This document shows, one piece after another, positions 30,014 to 39,688 of a DNA stretch of 64,000 bases (the first letter of the stretch is position 1; each line of letters opens with the position of its first letter). The translations under genes and the position numbers were made by a program. The notes beneath the pieces were generated by a model. That model was not told the origin of the DNA. It was given only the letters and a program-made list of their open reading frames with translations, and did not search any database. The DNA comes from Bacteroidaceae bacterium (GTDB lineage: Bacteria > Bacteroidota > Bacteroidia > Bacteroidales > Bacteroidaceae). The stretch covers positions 961 to 64,960 of the forward strand of contig JAFSKK010000058.1 of the NCBI GenBank assembly GCA_017448965.1, given 5' to 3'.

Positions 30014-31723
30014 ATGGCAAATTCCTATACAGACGTTCCTGAGATTAAATTCCACATGGAACACCCTTTGATGAAACGTATCGTTGAGTTGAAGGAGAGA
30101 AATTACGCTGACTACGGTCAGTATGACTATGCACCCAAGGACTACGAGGATGCACAGGAGAATTATGACAGCCTGCTCGAAATCACAGGCGACATCAACG
30201 CTAACATCATCGGTCCTAACTCTGAGGATGTGGACGCTGAAGGTCCTCACTGCGAGAACGGCCGTGTGCGCTATGCCAGCAAGACCTACGAGAACCTTGA
30301 TGCTACCATCAAGGCTGGTCTCTGCGGCATGACGATGCCACGTCGTTACGGCGGCCTCAACCTGCCTAACGTGGTTTATACAGCAGCCAACGAAATCATC
30401 GCTGAAGGTGATGCAGGTTTTGAAAACATCTGGTCACTCCAAGACTGTATCGAGACCCTCTATGAGTTCGGTGACGAAGACCAGCGCAAGCGTTATATTC
30501 CACGTGTGTGTGCAGGTGAAACCATGTCTATGGACCTCACTGAGCCAGATGCTGGTTCCGACCTCCAGAGTGTGATGCTCAAGGCTACCTTCGACGAGAA
30601 GGAGAACTGCTGGCGTCTGAATGGTGTGAAGCGTTTCATCACCAACGGTGACGCTGACATCCACCTCGTGCTGGCTCGTTCAGTGGAAGGCACTCGCGAC
30701 GGTCGTGGTCTTTCCATGTTCATCTACGACAAGCGCAACGGTGGCGTGAATGTACGTCGTATCGAGAACAAACTCGGTATCCACGGTAGCCCTACTTGCG
30801 AACTTGTTTACAAGAATGCGAAGGCAGAACTCTGCGGCTCTGAGAAACTCGGTCTTATCAAGTATGTGATGGGTCTGATGAACGGCGCCCGCCTCGGTAT
30901 CGCATCTCAGTCAGTCGGTGCAGAACAGGCTGCATACGAAGAGGCTATCAACTATGCCCGCGACCGCAAGCAGTTCGGTAAGGAGATTATCCACTTCCCT
31001 GCCGTTTACGATATGATAGCCCGCATCAAGGCAAAACTCGATGCCGGTCGTTCACTCCTCTACATGACGGCTCGTTACGTGGACATCTACAAGTGCCTCG
31101 ACGACATCTCCAAAGAGCGCAAGCTCACCCCCGAAGAGCGTGACGAGTTCAAGAAGTACAGCAAACTCGCTGATGCCTTTACGCCACTGGCTAAGGGCAT
31201 GAACTCCGAATTCGCCAACGAAAGTGCTTACGACTCCATTCAAGTGCATGGTGGTTCAGGCTTCATGCTCGAGTACAAGTGCCAGCGAGTCTATCGCGAT
31301 GCCCGCATCATGTCTATCTATGAGGGTACTACTCAGTTGCAGACCGTTGCAGCCATCCGCTACATCACCAGCGGCTTCTATGCCAATGTCATCAAGGACT
31401 TTGAGGCAGAACCCGTCGCAGCCGAGTACGCAGCCTACGCTGAGCGCATCAAGGCAATGGCAGAGAAACTTGCCGCTTGCATCGACAAGGCAAAGGCACC
31501 AGGCAATCAGGACTTCCTCGACCTCTGCGCACGCAAGCTCTACGAGATGACTGCTTACGTCATCATGAGCCATCTGCTCCTGCAAGACACCCAGCGTGCT
31601 CCCGAACTCTTCGGCAAGTCGCTCGTGGTCTTCATGAACTACGCCGAGAGCGAAGTGGCCAAGCACAGCAACTACATCAACCAACTCGATGTAGAGCAGT
31701 TGGCAAGCTACGTGCAGGAATAA
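30014..31723 (+). CDS. acyl-CoA dehydrogenase family protein (long form)
   Basis: 569 aa. ACAD pattern: LTEPDAGSDL, KRFITNGD, QVHGGSGFMLEY...RDARIMSIYEGT. It lies adjacent to etfBA. Confidence 0.9.
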   Translation: MANSYTDVPEIKFHMEHPLMKRIVELKERNYADYGQYDYAPKDYEDAQENYDSLLEITGDINANIIGPNSEDVDAEGPHCENGRVRYASKTYENLDATIKAGLCGMTMPRRYGGLNLPNVVYTAANEIIAEGDAGFENIWSLQDCIETLYEFGDEDQRKRYIPRVCAGETMSMDLTEPDAGSDLQSVMLKATFDEKENCWRLNGVKRFITNGDADIHLVLARSVEGTRDGRGLSMFIYDKRNGGVNVRRIENKLGIHGSPTCELVYKNAKAELCGSEKLGLIKYVMGLMNGARLGIASQSVGAEQAAYEEAINYARDRKQFGKEIIHFPAVYDMIARIKAKLDAGRSLLYMTARYVDIYKCLDDISKERKLTPEERDEFKKYSKLADAFTPLAKGMNSEFANESAYDSIQVHGGSGFMLEYKCQRVYRDARIMSIYEGTTQLQTVAAIRYITSGFYANVIKDFEAEPVAAEYAAYAERIKAMAEKLAACIDKAKAPGNQDFLDLCARKLYEMTAYVIMSHLLLQDTQRAPELFGKSLVVFMNYAESEVAKHSNYINQLDVEQLASYVQE

Positions 31724-31745
31724 GCCGACACATATATATAATAAC

Positions 31746-31790
31746 AGCAAAAGGGCTGGCTTCGATGATGAAGCCAGCCCTTTTGCTATT
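31746..31790 (+). terminator. strong hairpin terminator after acyl-CoA dehydrogenase
   Basis: 18-bp perfect stem AGCAAAAGGGCTGGCTTC / GAAGCCAGCCCTTTTGCT with a 6-nt loop. Confidence 0.65.
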
Positions 31791-31821
31791 ATGGGTATCA
31801 CTCTATATCCTTTCAACATCC

Positions 31822-31923
31822 TCTTCCACTACCTCTAAACCGACCTCCCCGACGTCGGTCGACCGACATCGGGGACATCGGTTGACCGACGTCGGGGAGG
31901 TCGGTTTAGAGGTAGTGGAAGGA
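31822..31923. repeat. palindromic intergenic element, family A copy 2 (about 100 bp, 38-bp perfect arms)
   Basis: CTTCCACTACCTCTAAACCGACCTCCCCGACGTCGGTC is mirrored exactly at the other end. The centre carries ACCGACATCGGGGAC units as in 21142-21233. Confidence 0.9.
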
Positions 31924-32145
31924 AGTCATGAGCGCCTACGACGTAAAGACAATGGAGAATGTGCCGCCCAGGAGTAAGCGGTTCTTCCTCCACTTGTCAA
32001 AACACAGCGAAAATGCCCCTTCACGTAAATCCTTACGCCGAACTCACGTTTCTTAGACGATATTCCCATCTTCTTGGACAATCGTAACATCCTGTTCCAT
32101 CGTTTTGTTGTTACTTTGCCACAGAAAACAAAAAACATCATCCGT

Positions 32146-33657
32146 ATGAAGAAAACGCTTCTGACACTCCTGCTACTTGTTGCCTCGCTTAGTTTGCAGG
32201 CACAAATGGATTTTGAGATGCATTACTTCGTGACACCTGACACCACGAACCACTATCTCAACGTGACGCTCAACTACCAACAAACATCCGACACCAAGGA
32301 ACTGGTACTCAATATGCCCCGATGGGCACCGGGTTACTACGAGATGCTCGATTTTGCCAAGCACCTTTGCGACTTCTCTGCCATCGACAACCAGGGCAAT
32401 GCCCTCACATGGCGGAAAGAAGGTCTGAACCGCTGGCGAATTCAGTTGCCCGAAGACCGATGTGCCAAGGTGTCCTACCGTATCTATGCCAATGAACGTG
32501 ATGTAGCCTCCAGCCGTGTGGAAGGCAACATTGCCTTCATCGCTCCCCCAGGCGTGTTCATGCACGTGGATGGTCATCTGCAGCATCCCGTCACTGTCAC
32601 CTTTCTGTTGCCCCCTCATTGGCAGCACATCTCCACAGGCTTAAAGCCCCATGCCGACGACACCAGTACGTTTACGGCTCCCGACTTTGACACCCTCTAC
32701 GACTCTCCCCTCCTGCTGGGCAACTATTACTTATCGCACTTTTCCCACGAGGGGCACGACTATGAGTTTGCCCTCGAGACCCCTGATGGCGTAGAGGAGT
32801 GTGGTTTGCAAGAAGACTTCAAACGCATCGTCAGTGCCGCCACAGAGATGATGGGACATGTGCCCTACGACAACTACTGCCTCATCCACATGGGGCAAGG
32901 CGGAGGCGGCTTGGAACACCTGAACTCGCAAGCCTGCTACACCGACGGCACCTACCGCTTCCCATCCCGTCAGGCACACGTCAAGTTCCTCGCCTTCGTG
33001 GCTCATGAGTATTTCCACCTCTATAATGTGAAGTGCATCCGTCCTGCCGAACTTTGGCCGCTCGACTACGACCACGAGGCAATCACCCCGATGCTTTGGG
33101 TGAGCGAGGGTCTGACATGCTATTATGAATTCCGCCTCTTGCAGTATGCCGGCATCACCAACACCGACGAGGCTCTGCAGTTGCTTTCCACCTACTTCTC
33201 GCTCTATGCCCCCTACGAAGGGCAACGCCATACGAGTTTGCGTCAGAGTAGCTACGACATCTGGCTGAACTTCATGAACAAAGATGCCAACGAGCGTGAT
33301 GTGCGTGTGAACTACTACTTCAAAGGTCCCATCATCGGCCTGTTGCTCGATGTTGCCATCCGACAGCAGAGCCACCAGCAACATTCTTTGGACGACGTGA
33401 TGCGTCTGCTCTACAACCGCTACTACCGTCAGTTGCAGCGTGGATTCACCGAAGAGGAGTTTTGGGCAGCCGTTGCGGAAGTGGCAGGAACGCCATTGCC
33501 AGAGATGCGCCAGCTGGTGGACACCACCGCCGACATCGACTACGACCGCCTGCTCGCACCTGCCGGTCTCTGCATCGACACCACCGATTGGAGCATCCGC
33601 CGAGTAGCCAATCCCACCAAATCACAGTCAGCATTCCTCAAGTCCATGCAACTGTGA
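32146..33657 (+). CDS. M61 family (glycyl aminopeptidase-like) metallopeptidase
   Basis: Signal peptide MKKTLLTLLLLVASLSLQAQ begins at 32146. Has the HExxH zinc motif in VAHEYFHLYNVKCIRP, typical of M61. Confidence 0.8.
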   Translation: MKKTLLTLLLLVASLSLQAQMDFEMHYFVTPDTTNHYLNVTLNYQQTSDTKELVLNMPRWAPGYYEMLDFAKHLCDFSAIDNQGNALTWRKEGLNRWRIQLPEDRCAKVSYRIYANERDVASSRVEGNIAFIAPPGVFMHVDGHLQHPVTVTFLLPPHWQHISTGLKPHADDTSTFTAPDFDTLYDSPLLLGNYYLSHFSHEGHDYEFALETPDGVEECGLQEDFKRIVSAATEMMGHVPYDNYCLIHMGQGGGGLEHLNSQACYTDGTYRFPSRQAHVKFLAFVAHEYFHLYNVKCIRPAELWPLDYDHEAITPMLWVSEGLTCYYEFRLLQYAGITNTDEALQLLSTYFSLYAPYEGQRHTSLRQSSYDIWLNFMNKDANERDVRVNYYFKGPIIGLLLDVAIRQQSHQQHSLDDVMRLLYNRYYRQLQRGFTEEEFWAAVAEVAGTPLPEMRQLVDTTADIDYDRLLAPAGLCIDTTDWSIRRVANPTKSQSAFLKSMQL

Positions 33658-33687
33658 CAGGAAGCATATCGGTTCACAACAAAACAA

Positions 33688-33726
33688 AGCCCATCACCGT
33701 TCTCCACGATGATGGGCTTTTTCTTT
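33688..33726 (+). terminator. intrinsic terminator after M61 peptidase
   Basis: AGCCCATCA / TGATGGGCT stem followed by TTTTCTTTT. Confidence 0.6.
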
Positions 33727-33793
33727 TATTCTAAAAAGATAAAGCAAAGATGCCACAAGAAGTTCGCAAGAACCCTTTTTCTTTACCACCCTG

Positions 33794-34924
33794 TCAAAGG
33801 AAACGGCGACGGAACCATAGAGAAAACACAGGATCGGTCACATAAAGTTGGCGCATCTCGGAGTAAATAAGGTCACGCTCAATGAGTGCATCACGCAAAC
33901 GAACCATGTTGGAAGGGCTACCAAGGTCGAAGGTCGTTCGGACACGTTTTTCATTGTAGCCACTATGAACTCCTGAGACAATGGCACGAAGCAGGTTCAT
34001 CTGATAGGCAGACAACGGCTCAACCTGTTGCATGTACAGCATCTCGTTAGTACTAATCAATTCTGCTATCGATGGCTCCATCAGTTCCTCTGTCACCGCT
34101 TCACCTTCCTGTAGACGATGGAGAATGATGGAAGCGAGGTGCTGCACATAGGATGGATAGTTATCAACAACTTCACAGATACGTGTTGCAAATTCTTCAC
34201 TGATATGACGACCTGCTTGCTCAAAATGGCTGGTGATATAGCCTATCCAATCACTGGTAGGAATCTTTTGCAGCCACATCAAGTCACCAAACTGATAGAA
34301 AGGCATACTACGATTAAGGAAGATGCCACTCATCATGTGTTGTTTACCGCCAAACAGACAATAGGAGGTCATGTGATGATGTTGCCACACAGAACGAAGT
34401 CGAGCTTGTATGCTTCGGCTATTGTCCATTTCGCCAATTTGTTGGAACTCATCGATGCACACCACAACGTGTCGCCCTTTCTGCATCGCAATCCTTTCCA
34501 CCATGCCCAGCACCTGTTCGGGAGTATGTGTCTCGGGGGTAATGCCAAGCGACACACTAAAATCAGAAGAAGGGTCTGGTGAAAAAGAAATCTTTGGGGT
34601 GAGACGCATCAGAAAATCCCGTGCCTCTTCCATCCACAGCTGAGCTTTGCTGGCAGTCTGTTGCAAGACTGCTGTTGCCAATGCATTGTAAAACTCATAC
34701 TCACTCTTGCAACCGAAAATATCCAAATACACGGTAATAACATCACCACCAGCAATCTGTCGGCACACATGTTTCACCAAAGAAGTTTTACCCCAACGAC
34801 GTGGTGAAATAAGAATGGTATTTAGACCATTTTCAAAATTCAGTTTTAATCGCTGAGTCTCCTTCTCACGTCCTGTGAAATTGTAGTCAGTCACAGCCAC
34901 TCCATATACAAAACTTTTATCCAT
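33794..34924 (-). CDS. AAA+ ATPase (archaeal-ATPase/DUF234-type)
   Basis: The N-terminus FTGREKE...ILISPRRWGKTSLV carries Walker A, and VVCIDEFQ is Walker B. The start MDKSF at 34924 is downstream of the -7 box, so the longer ORF start at 34948 is unlikely. Confidence 0.75.
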   Translation of the reverse strand: MDKSFVYGVAVTDYNFTGREKETQRLKLNFENGLNTILISPRRWGKTSLVKHVCRQIAGGDVITVYLDIFGCKSEYEFYNALATAVLQQTASKAQLWMEEARDFLMRLTPKISFSPDPSSDFSVSLGITPETHTPEQVLGMVERIAMQKGRHVVVCIDEFQQIGEMDNSRSIQARLRSVWQHHHMTSYCLFGGKQHMMSGIFLNRSMPFYQFGDLMWLQKIPTSDWIGYITSHFEQAGRHISEEFATRICEVVDNYPSYVQHLASIILHRLQEGEAVTEELMEPSIAELISTNEMLYMQQVEPLSAYQMNLLRAIVSGVHSGYNEKRVRTTFDLGSPSNMVRLRDALIERDLIYSEMRQLYVTDPVFSLWFRRRFL

Positions 34925-34945
34925 GAGCAATCTCCATTTTCGGGG

Positions 34946-34953
34946 CAAAGATA
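34946..34953 (-). promoter_or_regulatory. -7 promoter box TATCTTTG for the ATPase gene
   Basis: Reverse complement of CAAAGATA, about 22 nt upstream of the ATG at 34924. Confidence 0.5.
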
Positions 34954-34965
34954 CATCTTTTATAC

Positions 34966-35004
34966 AAATTTCACAAACTTGTGAATCACAAGTTTGTGAA
35001 ATTT
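34966..35004. promoter_or_regulatory. 39-bp perfect palindrome (operator-like) overlapping the -33 region of the ATPase promoter
   Basis: AAATTTCACAAACTTGTGA-A-TCACAAGTTTGTGAAATTT. Both 19-nt arms were verified base by base. Confidence 0.7.
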
Positions 35005-35212
35005 ACTGATTTTTCCACTATTACATTGATTTTCTTTTCAATAAATGCATAGAAAACTATTCACCAAGTGGTGTAACGCGCCTGTTGGTGAACAGTTTTT
35101 GCTAGCCAAAAGTAAGTTTGAATACCTATACAACAAATGTTTTATTTATCCTTTATACCCCACCAGCATCTATAATGGGGCACCAGTTGAGCTTCTCAGA
35201 GCATACCCTTCG

Positions 35213-36238
35213 TCATTTCTTTTCTAAAATTTCTCTTAGAATAGACACACGTTCCACGAATCGATCTACGATCTCACGTTGTTCCATGGTCAATCCCTTT
35301 ATATCCCTACCGCATTGCGAACAGAATTTCTCATCTTTTCCATTTTTCTCACCACATTGGCAAATGAATTTCACACCGCCAGAGGAAAAAAGGCTCCCTT
35401 TCACTTCTTCTATTTTGCCCGTATCTGGCATATTCTGTAAGAAATTCACCAGTTCCTGCATTTCGCTTAAATCCTTCTTGTTATATGTAGGTTTGTCCGT
35501 TTTGAGCAAGCGGCACATCACATCAAAGTCTTCATTCGTTTGGGCATATTCCAAAATCTTTTTTGCATTGAAAAGATACAAATCTTTAATGATTCTAGTA
35601 TAGCACTGCTCTTTACCGTACATCAAGGAAACAGCTTGTTCATAACTCAATTTGGAGACATATATGGGGAAGTTGCGCCTTGTTTCCTCGCCAGTTTCTT
35701 CAGCGTATCCACTACATGCTTGAACATACGATAAGTATAATGGCTCCGATAATTCCGGCACATGATGGGCGAGAACATATTGCCATTCTTCTTTCGTCAA
35801 ATAATCACCATTGTTAAGTTTTCTTTCAAACACACGTTTATTGTATTCGCATTCCAAATCATCCATGTTGACAATACCAGAAGGTGCCTCCTCTCTGTTT
35901 TCCATCTCTCTCAACTTCACGGCAGTTCCCTGTATGGAAACCATAAACATCGACATGTTTTTTGCGGAGATGTTATCAAAATCCACACGCACACCAACGA
36001 CAGCATTTCCTCCCAATGCAAAGGCTTGCTGTGAAATGTTTTCTATCACATCAGAATACAAACGATTCATCTCATTGCGATAGGCTCCAGAGTTTCCTCC
36101 AAAGAAATCAGAAAAAGAGGCCGTAAAATCAGTGAGGAAACCAGTGCCTGCAACTTGATTGGCGGTGACCAAACCCAAATAAGCTTCAATAGGGATTCCC
36201 TCTACTGTTGGGGTTGTGAACAATCTAATACTTCTCAT
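35213..36238 (-). CDS. YbjQ (UPF0145) domain protein fused to an unknown helical region and a C-terminal zinc ribbon
   Basis: The N-terminal 110 aa (TTPTVEGIPIEAYLGLV...GGNAVVGVRVDFD...VSIQGTAVKL) match the YbjQ_1 pattern. The C-terminus is CQCG...CSQCG. The -7 box TATCTTTG at 36275-36282 makes the ATG at 36238 the usable start. Confidence 0.65.
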   Translation of the reverse strand: MRSIRLFTTPTVEGIPIEAYLGLVTANQVAGTGFLTDFTASFSDFFGGNSGAYRNEMNRLYSDVIENISQQAFALGGNAVVGVRVDFDNISAKNMSMFMVSIQGTAVKLREMENREEAPSGIVNMDDLECEYNKRVFERKLNNGDYLTKEEWQYVLAHHVPELSEPLYLSYVQACSGYAEETGEETRRNFPIYVSKLSYEQAVSLMYGKEQCYTRIIKDLYLFNAKKILEYAQTNEDFDVMCRLLKTDKPTYNKKDLSEMQELVNFLQNMPDTGKIEEVKGSLFSSGGVKFICQCGEKNGKDEKFCSQCGRDIKGLTMEQREIVDRFVERVSILREILEKK

Positions 36239-36362
36239 TATTCCATAAGATTTAAGTTTTATACTCCATTTTTGCAAAGATATAACTATATTCGTTACAA
36301 AAATACAATTTATTTTTGATGTTTCAAACGTTCCAAGAAGAAAAACTTTAGAGCATGCATAT

Positions 36363-37169
36363 CTATTTCAGAAGTTTTCTCTCCCCTTCCAGCACTTTCA
36401 TTTGCTGAATGGCTATCTGGTTGAGTTTCATGAGCCGTTCCGACTGGGGCATTCCTTCGTTGATGAGCACGGCATTGATGTTCTCCATGTTTGAGAGACA
36501 AATGAGTTCGTTGATGGTGGCATAGTCGCGGATGTTGCCTTGCAGAGTTGGATTAGCATCTCGCCATTGTTTGGCAGTCATGCCGAACATCGCCACATTG
36601 AGCACATCAGCTTCTTCAGCATAGATGATGCTGGCTTGCAAAGGGGTGACTTCTTCAGGTATCAGATGGTGCTTGATGGCATCTGTATGGATTCGGTAGT
36701 TTATCTTAGAGAGTTCCCGTTTAGCTGTCCAACCCAAAAGTTTTTGCTCATCTTCTTTCAAACGCTGGAACTCTTCAATCAGATAAAGTTTGAATGGAAC
36801 GCTTATCGCTGTTCCAAATTCAAAAGCGATGTCCTTGAAAGCGTATGTGCCACCATAACGACCTTTCTTCACGATAATGCCTATCGCATCAGTTTTTTCG
36901 ATCCACTCACTGACGCTCATGACAAAGCTTGGCATACCTGCCTGCATTCTAAAGTGGTCAAATTCGACCACTTTGAAATTTGGGTTATGAATCATCTCCC
37001 ACGTCCCGAGAAATTCGATAGTGTATCGAGTCCGAATCCAGTTCTTGATGATATCAGCCGCACGACTCTCATTTTGTTTGGCATTTGCCATATCAGTCAA
37101 TGAGATATAATCTTGCTCATGATGAGAAAGAACTGTGATTTCAGTATTCTGTACTGTAATTTTTGCCAT
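36363..37169 (-). CDS. KilA-N domain-containing protein
   Basis: 268 aa. The N-terminus TVLSHHEQDYISLTDMANAK...IKNWIRTRYTIEFLGTWE is typical of Bacteroidales KilA-N proteins. Confidence 0.75.
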   Translation of the reverse strand: MAKITVQNTEITVLSHHEQDYISLTDMANAKQNESRAADIIKNWIRTRYTIEFLGTWEMIHNPNFKVVEFDHFRMQAGMPSFVMSVSEWIEKTDAIGIIVKKGRYGGTYAFKDIAFEFGTAISVPFKLYLIEEFQRLKEDEQKLLGWTAKRELSKINYRIHTDAIKHHLIPEEVTPLQASIIYAEEADVLNVAMFGMTAKQWRDANPTLQGNIRDYATINELICLSNMENINAVLINEGMPQSERLMKLNQIAIQQMKVLEGERKLLK

Positions 37170-37414
37170 ATTGATTATCTGAGTTTATCCAAGGACTTGT
37201 TTCAATAGATCTTCTGAATTCTTCACATGGTAAAGTTTTCCTCTGCAAATGTCATCTTTACATCTGCAAATGTAAGGACTTTTTTCTTTACCATCCAAAC
37301 ATTTGCAACTTTCTTTTGAAAAAACAAAAACCAGTGGAAAGAAACACCAAAAGGGGGAGCGTCGCTTCCTCTTGATGGGCTTGCTCAGTTCCGCCAGAAG
37401 GGTGACGTATATAC

Positions 37415-37506
37415 CACAAAAACGGTGTGAGTCACACCGATGGGGTCGGTCTGAGTCAGACCGAGGGTGGCGGTGTGAGTCACACCGATTCTGAGGTTGT
37501 GGAAGA
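37415..37506. repeat. three phased palindromes (CGGTNTGAGTCANACCG, 24-bp spacing) ending in GAGGTTGTGGAAG; possibly a diverged family A element
   Basis: The palindromes lie at 37423-37439, 37446-37464 and 37471-37487. The terminal GAGGTTGTGGAAG resembles GAGGTAGTGGAAG at 31909-31921. Confidence 0.8.
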
Positions 37507-37598
37507 GGGGATGAGGAGGATGTGGAAAAGGGTATAAAGAGGATGTGGAAGGAAGGCTATGATGGCAAAGAAAGGGAGAGGGAATCGCATGGGTTCTC

Positions 37599-39671
37599 TC
37601 ACGCCGTTGTCTCATTTCCCTCGCCCAATTCCGGATAAGAAATGCGGGTGTGGTAGATGGTTTTCAGTTTCTCCTTCAACACGGCTTTGGCCGTGGCGAT
37701 ATCCTTGAAAGTGATGGAGCACTCGCTGAAGAAGCCTTCGGCCACCTGAGAATCGATGATTTTGTCGACCAACTGGTTAATGCTGTCTTCTGTGTATTCG
37801 GGCAGGGAACGGGAAGCAGCTTCGGTGGCGTCGCACATCATAAGGATGGCTTCCTCTTTGGTGCTGGGGTTAGGACCTGGGTAGGTGAAGGCGGCTTCGT
37901 CGATTTCCTCGTCGGGATGGTCTTTCTTGTAGGTGATGTAGAAGTATTTGGCTTTGCCCAATCCATGATGGGTGGTGATGAATCGCTTGATGGCTTCGGG
38001 AATGTGGTTCTTCTCAGCGAGGGCAACACCGTTCTTCACGTGGGCAATGATGACCTCGGCACTCTTCAGCGGTGTGAGGTGCTTGTGGGGCGAGATGCCG
38101 TTCTGGTTTTCGGTGAAGAAGACAGGACGTTCCATCTTGCCGATGTCGTGGTAGAGGGCTCCTGTGCGCACCAACTGCGCTTTGGCTCCAATCTTGTTGG
38201 CGACTTCGGCACTGAGGTTAGCCACCTGCATGGAGTGCTGGAAGGTGCCTGGAGCCACTTCCGTCATGCGTTGCAGGAGAGGGTTGTGCACGTTGCTGAG
38301 TTCGACGAGCGTGACGTCGCTGGTGAAGCCAAACACTTTCTCGAGCATCCAGAGAAGGGGATATGTGAAGAGGAGGAGCACACAGTTGACGGTGAAGCAA
38401 ACATACAGCCACGTGTCGGTGTTGAGGTCGTTCTCGTGATGGAGGGAATAACCTGTGTAGAAAAGTACATACACCAAGAAGATGATGAAGGCGGTGCGGA
38501 CAATCTGGGAGCGTTGAGAGAGTTCCCTGAGCGTTTGTATGGCCGCCATACCTGCCACGAGTTGCAGGATGAGGTATTCGTATGAACTTACGAGAGTGAT
38601 GGAGATGATGAGCACCATCGCACTATGGAACATGAAGGCGGTTCGCGAATCCATGAACACGCGGATGACGATAGGCACGAGGCAACATGGGAGCATGAAG
38701 ACATTGAGTATCTTGTGCGACACCATGAGGGATGCGATGATGCAGAAGAGGACGGGCAACGCAAACAGCAGGGTGACGTTGCGCACGTTCTCGAAATAGT
38801 CGGCACGGAAAAGGGAGAGATAGGTGATGAGCACAAAGAAGATGACGAACACGAAGATGGTTTGTCCGATGGTGCGATAGGGAATGCTGGTGGTCGTGGT
38901 GTTGCGACGCTCATATTCCTTCTCGTAAGACCTGAGGATGTCGTACACCTCGTCGGTGACGGTCTCGCCTCTATCCACAATCTTCTGACCTGCCTGCACA
39001 TAGCCGTTGTAGCTGGAGATGTGCTGCATCAACTCGTTCAGTTCAGTTTCCGACTTCAGAGCATCGTAGGTCAGGTTCGGCACGATGAGTTCGTTGATGT
39101 TGTATTGCCGCAGGACGGCTGGGGAGTATTTGGCCGTGTCGGCTGTCACGATGTAGTGATAGGCCATACGAGGCGTGAACAGATGGGTCAGCGGCTGGGA
39201 TGTGGCGATGCTGCCCGACACAACACGGACACTCTTGCGGTGCTCGGTGTCCTGAATGCGTGTGTAGTCATCGCTGGAGAGCACTCCTCGCCGATAGATG
39301 GTGTCGAGCAGCGTAGCGATGTAATGAACATACATGGCCGAGTTTTGCCCCTTCCAGTCGTTGGCAGAGTAGGCATAGAGACGGCGAACCATCGAATCCC
39401 TGACGGCAGGATTGGAGTTGTAGTAGGGTTGAAAGCTACGTATGGTGACCGCCTGCTCCTGCTTGATGATAGAGTCGTTCTTGAGGATGGGAAACTTGGT
39501 GTTGGCAATGAGCAAGCCATAATTCCAGGGCTTGTTGACTTCGTAAAGATAGCCAAACTCATCTCCACGCGGCATGAAGTAAACCACCAATGCTGTGGAG
39601 ACGATGACCAAAATACTCTTCATCAAGAAGCGGGTCAAATTGGTGCGTCGCTGCTGTTTGCTGGGTTTCAT
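37599..39671 (-). CDS. 7TM-receptor HD/HDIG phosphohydrolase (PgpH/YqfF-like)
   Basis: 690 aa with an extracellular N-domain and about 7 TM helices. The C-terminal HD domain carries HSMQV...LYHDIGK...HH. Confidence 0.85.
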   Translation of the reverse strand: MKPSKQQRRTNLTRFLMKSILVIVSTALVVYFMPRGDEFGYLYEVNKPWNYGLLIANTKFPILKNDSIIKQEQAVTIRSFQPYYNSNPAVRDSMVRRLYAYSANDWKGQNSAMYVHYIATLLDTIYRRGVLSSDDYTRIQDTEHRKSVRVVSGSIATSQPLTHLFTPRMAYHYIVTADTAKYSPAVLRQYNINELIVPNLTYDALKSETELNELMQHISSYNGYVQAGQKIVDRGETVTDEVYDILRSYEKEYERRNTTTTSIPYRTIGQTIFVFVIFFVLITYLSLFRADYFENVRNVTLLFALPVLFCIIASLMVSHKILNVFMLPCCLVPIVIRVFMDSRTAFMFHSAMVLIISITLVSSYEYLILQLVAGMAAIQTLRELSQRSQIVRTAFIIFLVYVLFYTGYSLHHENDLNTDTWLYVCFTVNCVLLLFTYPLLWMLEKVFGFTSDVTLVELSNVHNPLLQRMTEVAPGTFQHSMQVANLSAEVANKIGAKAQLVRTGALYHDIGKMERPVFFTENQNGISPHKHLTPLKSAEVIIAHVKNGVALAEKNHIPEAIKRFITTHHGLGKAKYFYITYKKDHPDEEIDEAAFTYPGPNPSTKEEAILMMCDATEAASRSLPEYTEDSINQLVDKIIDSQVAEGFFSECSITFKDIATAKAVLKEKLKTIYHTRISYPELGEGNETTA

Positions 39672-39688
39672 TGTTTCACTGAACTTTC

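Noticed and set aside
31477-31977. 166-aa ORF spanning the end of the acyl-CoA dehydrogenase, its terminator and the 100-bp palindrome
   Set aside because: It crosses an 18-bp-stem terminator and a repeat element, and most of it is out of frame within a real gene.
37303-37494. 63-aa ORF in the 37.4-kb repeat region
   Set aside because: It is composed of the phased palindromes (repeated CESHR peptides) and has no start context.
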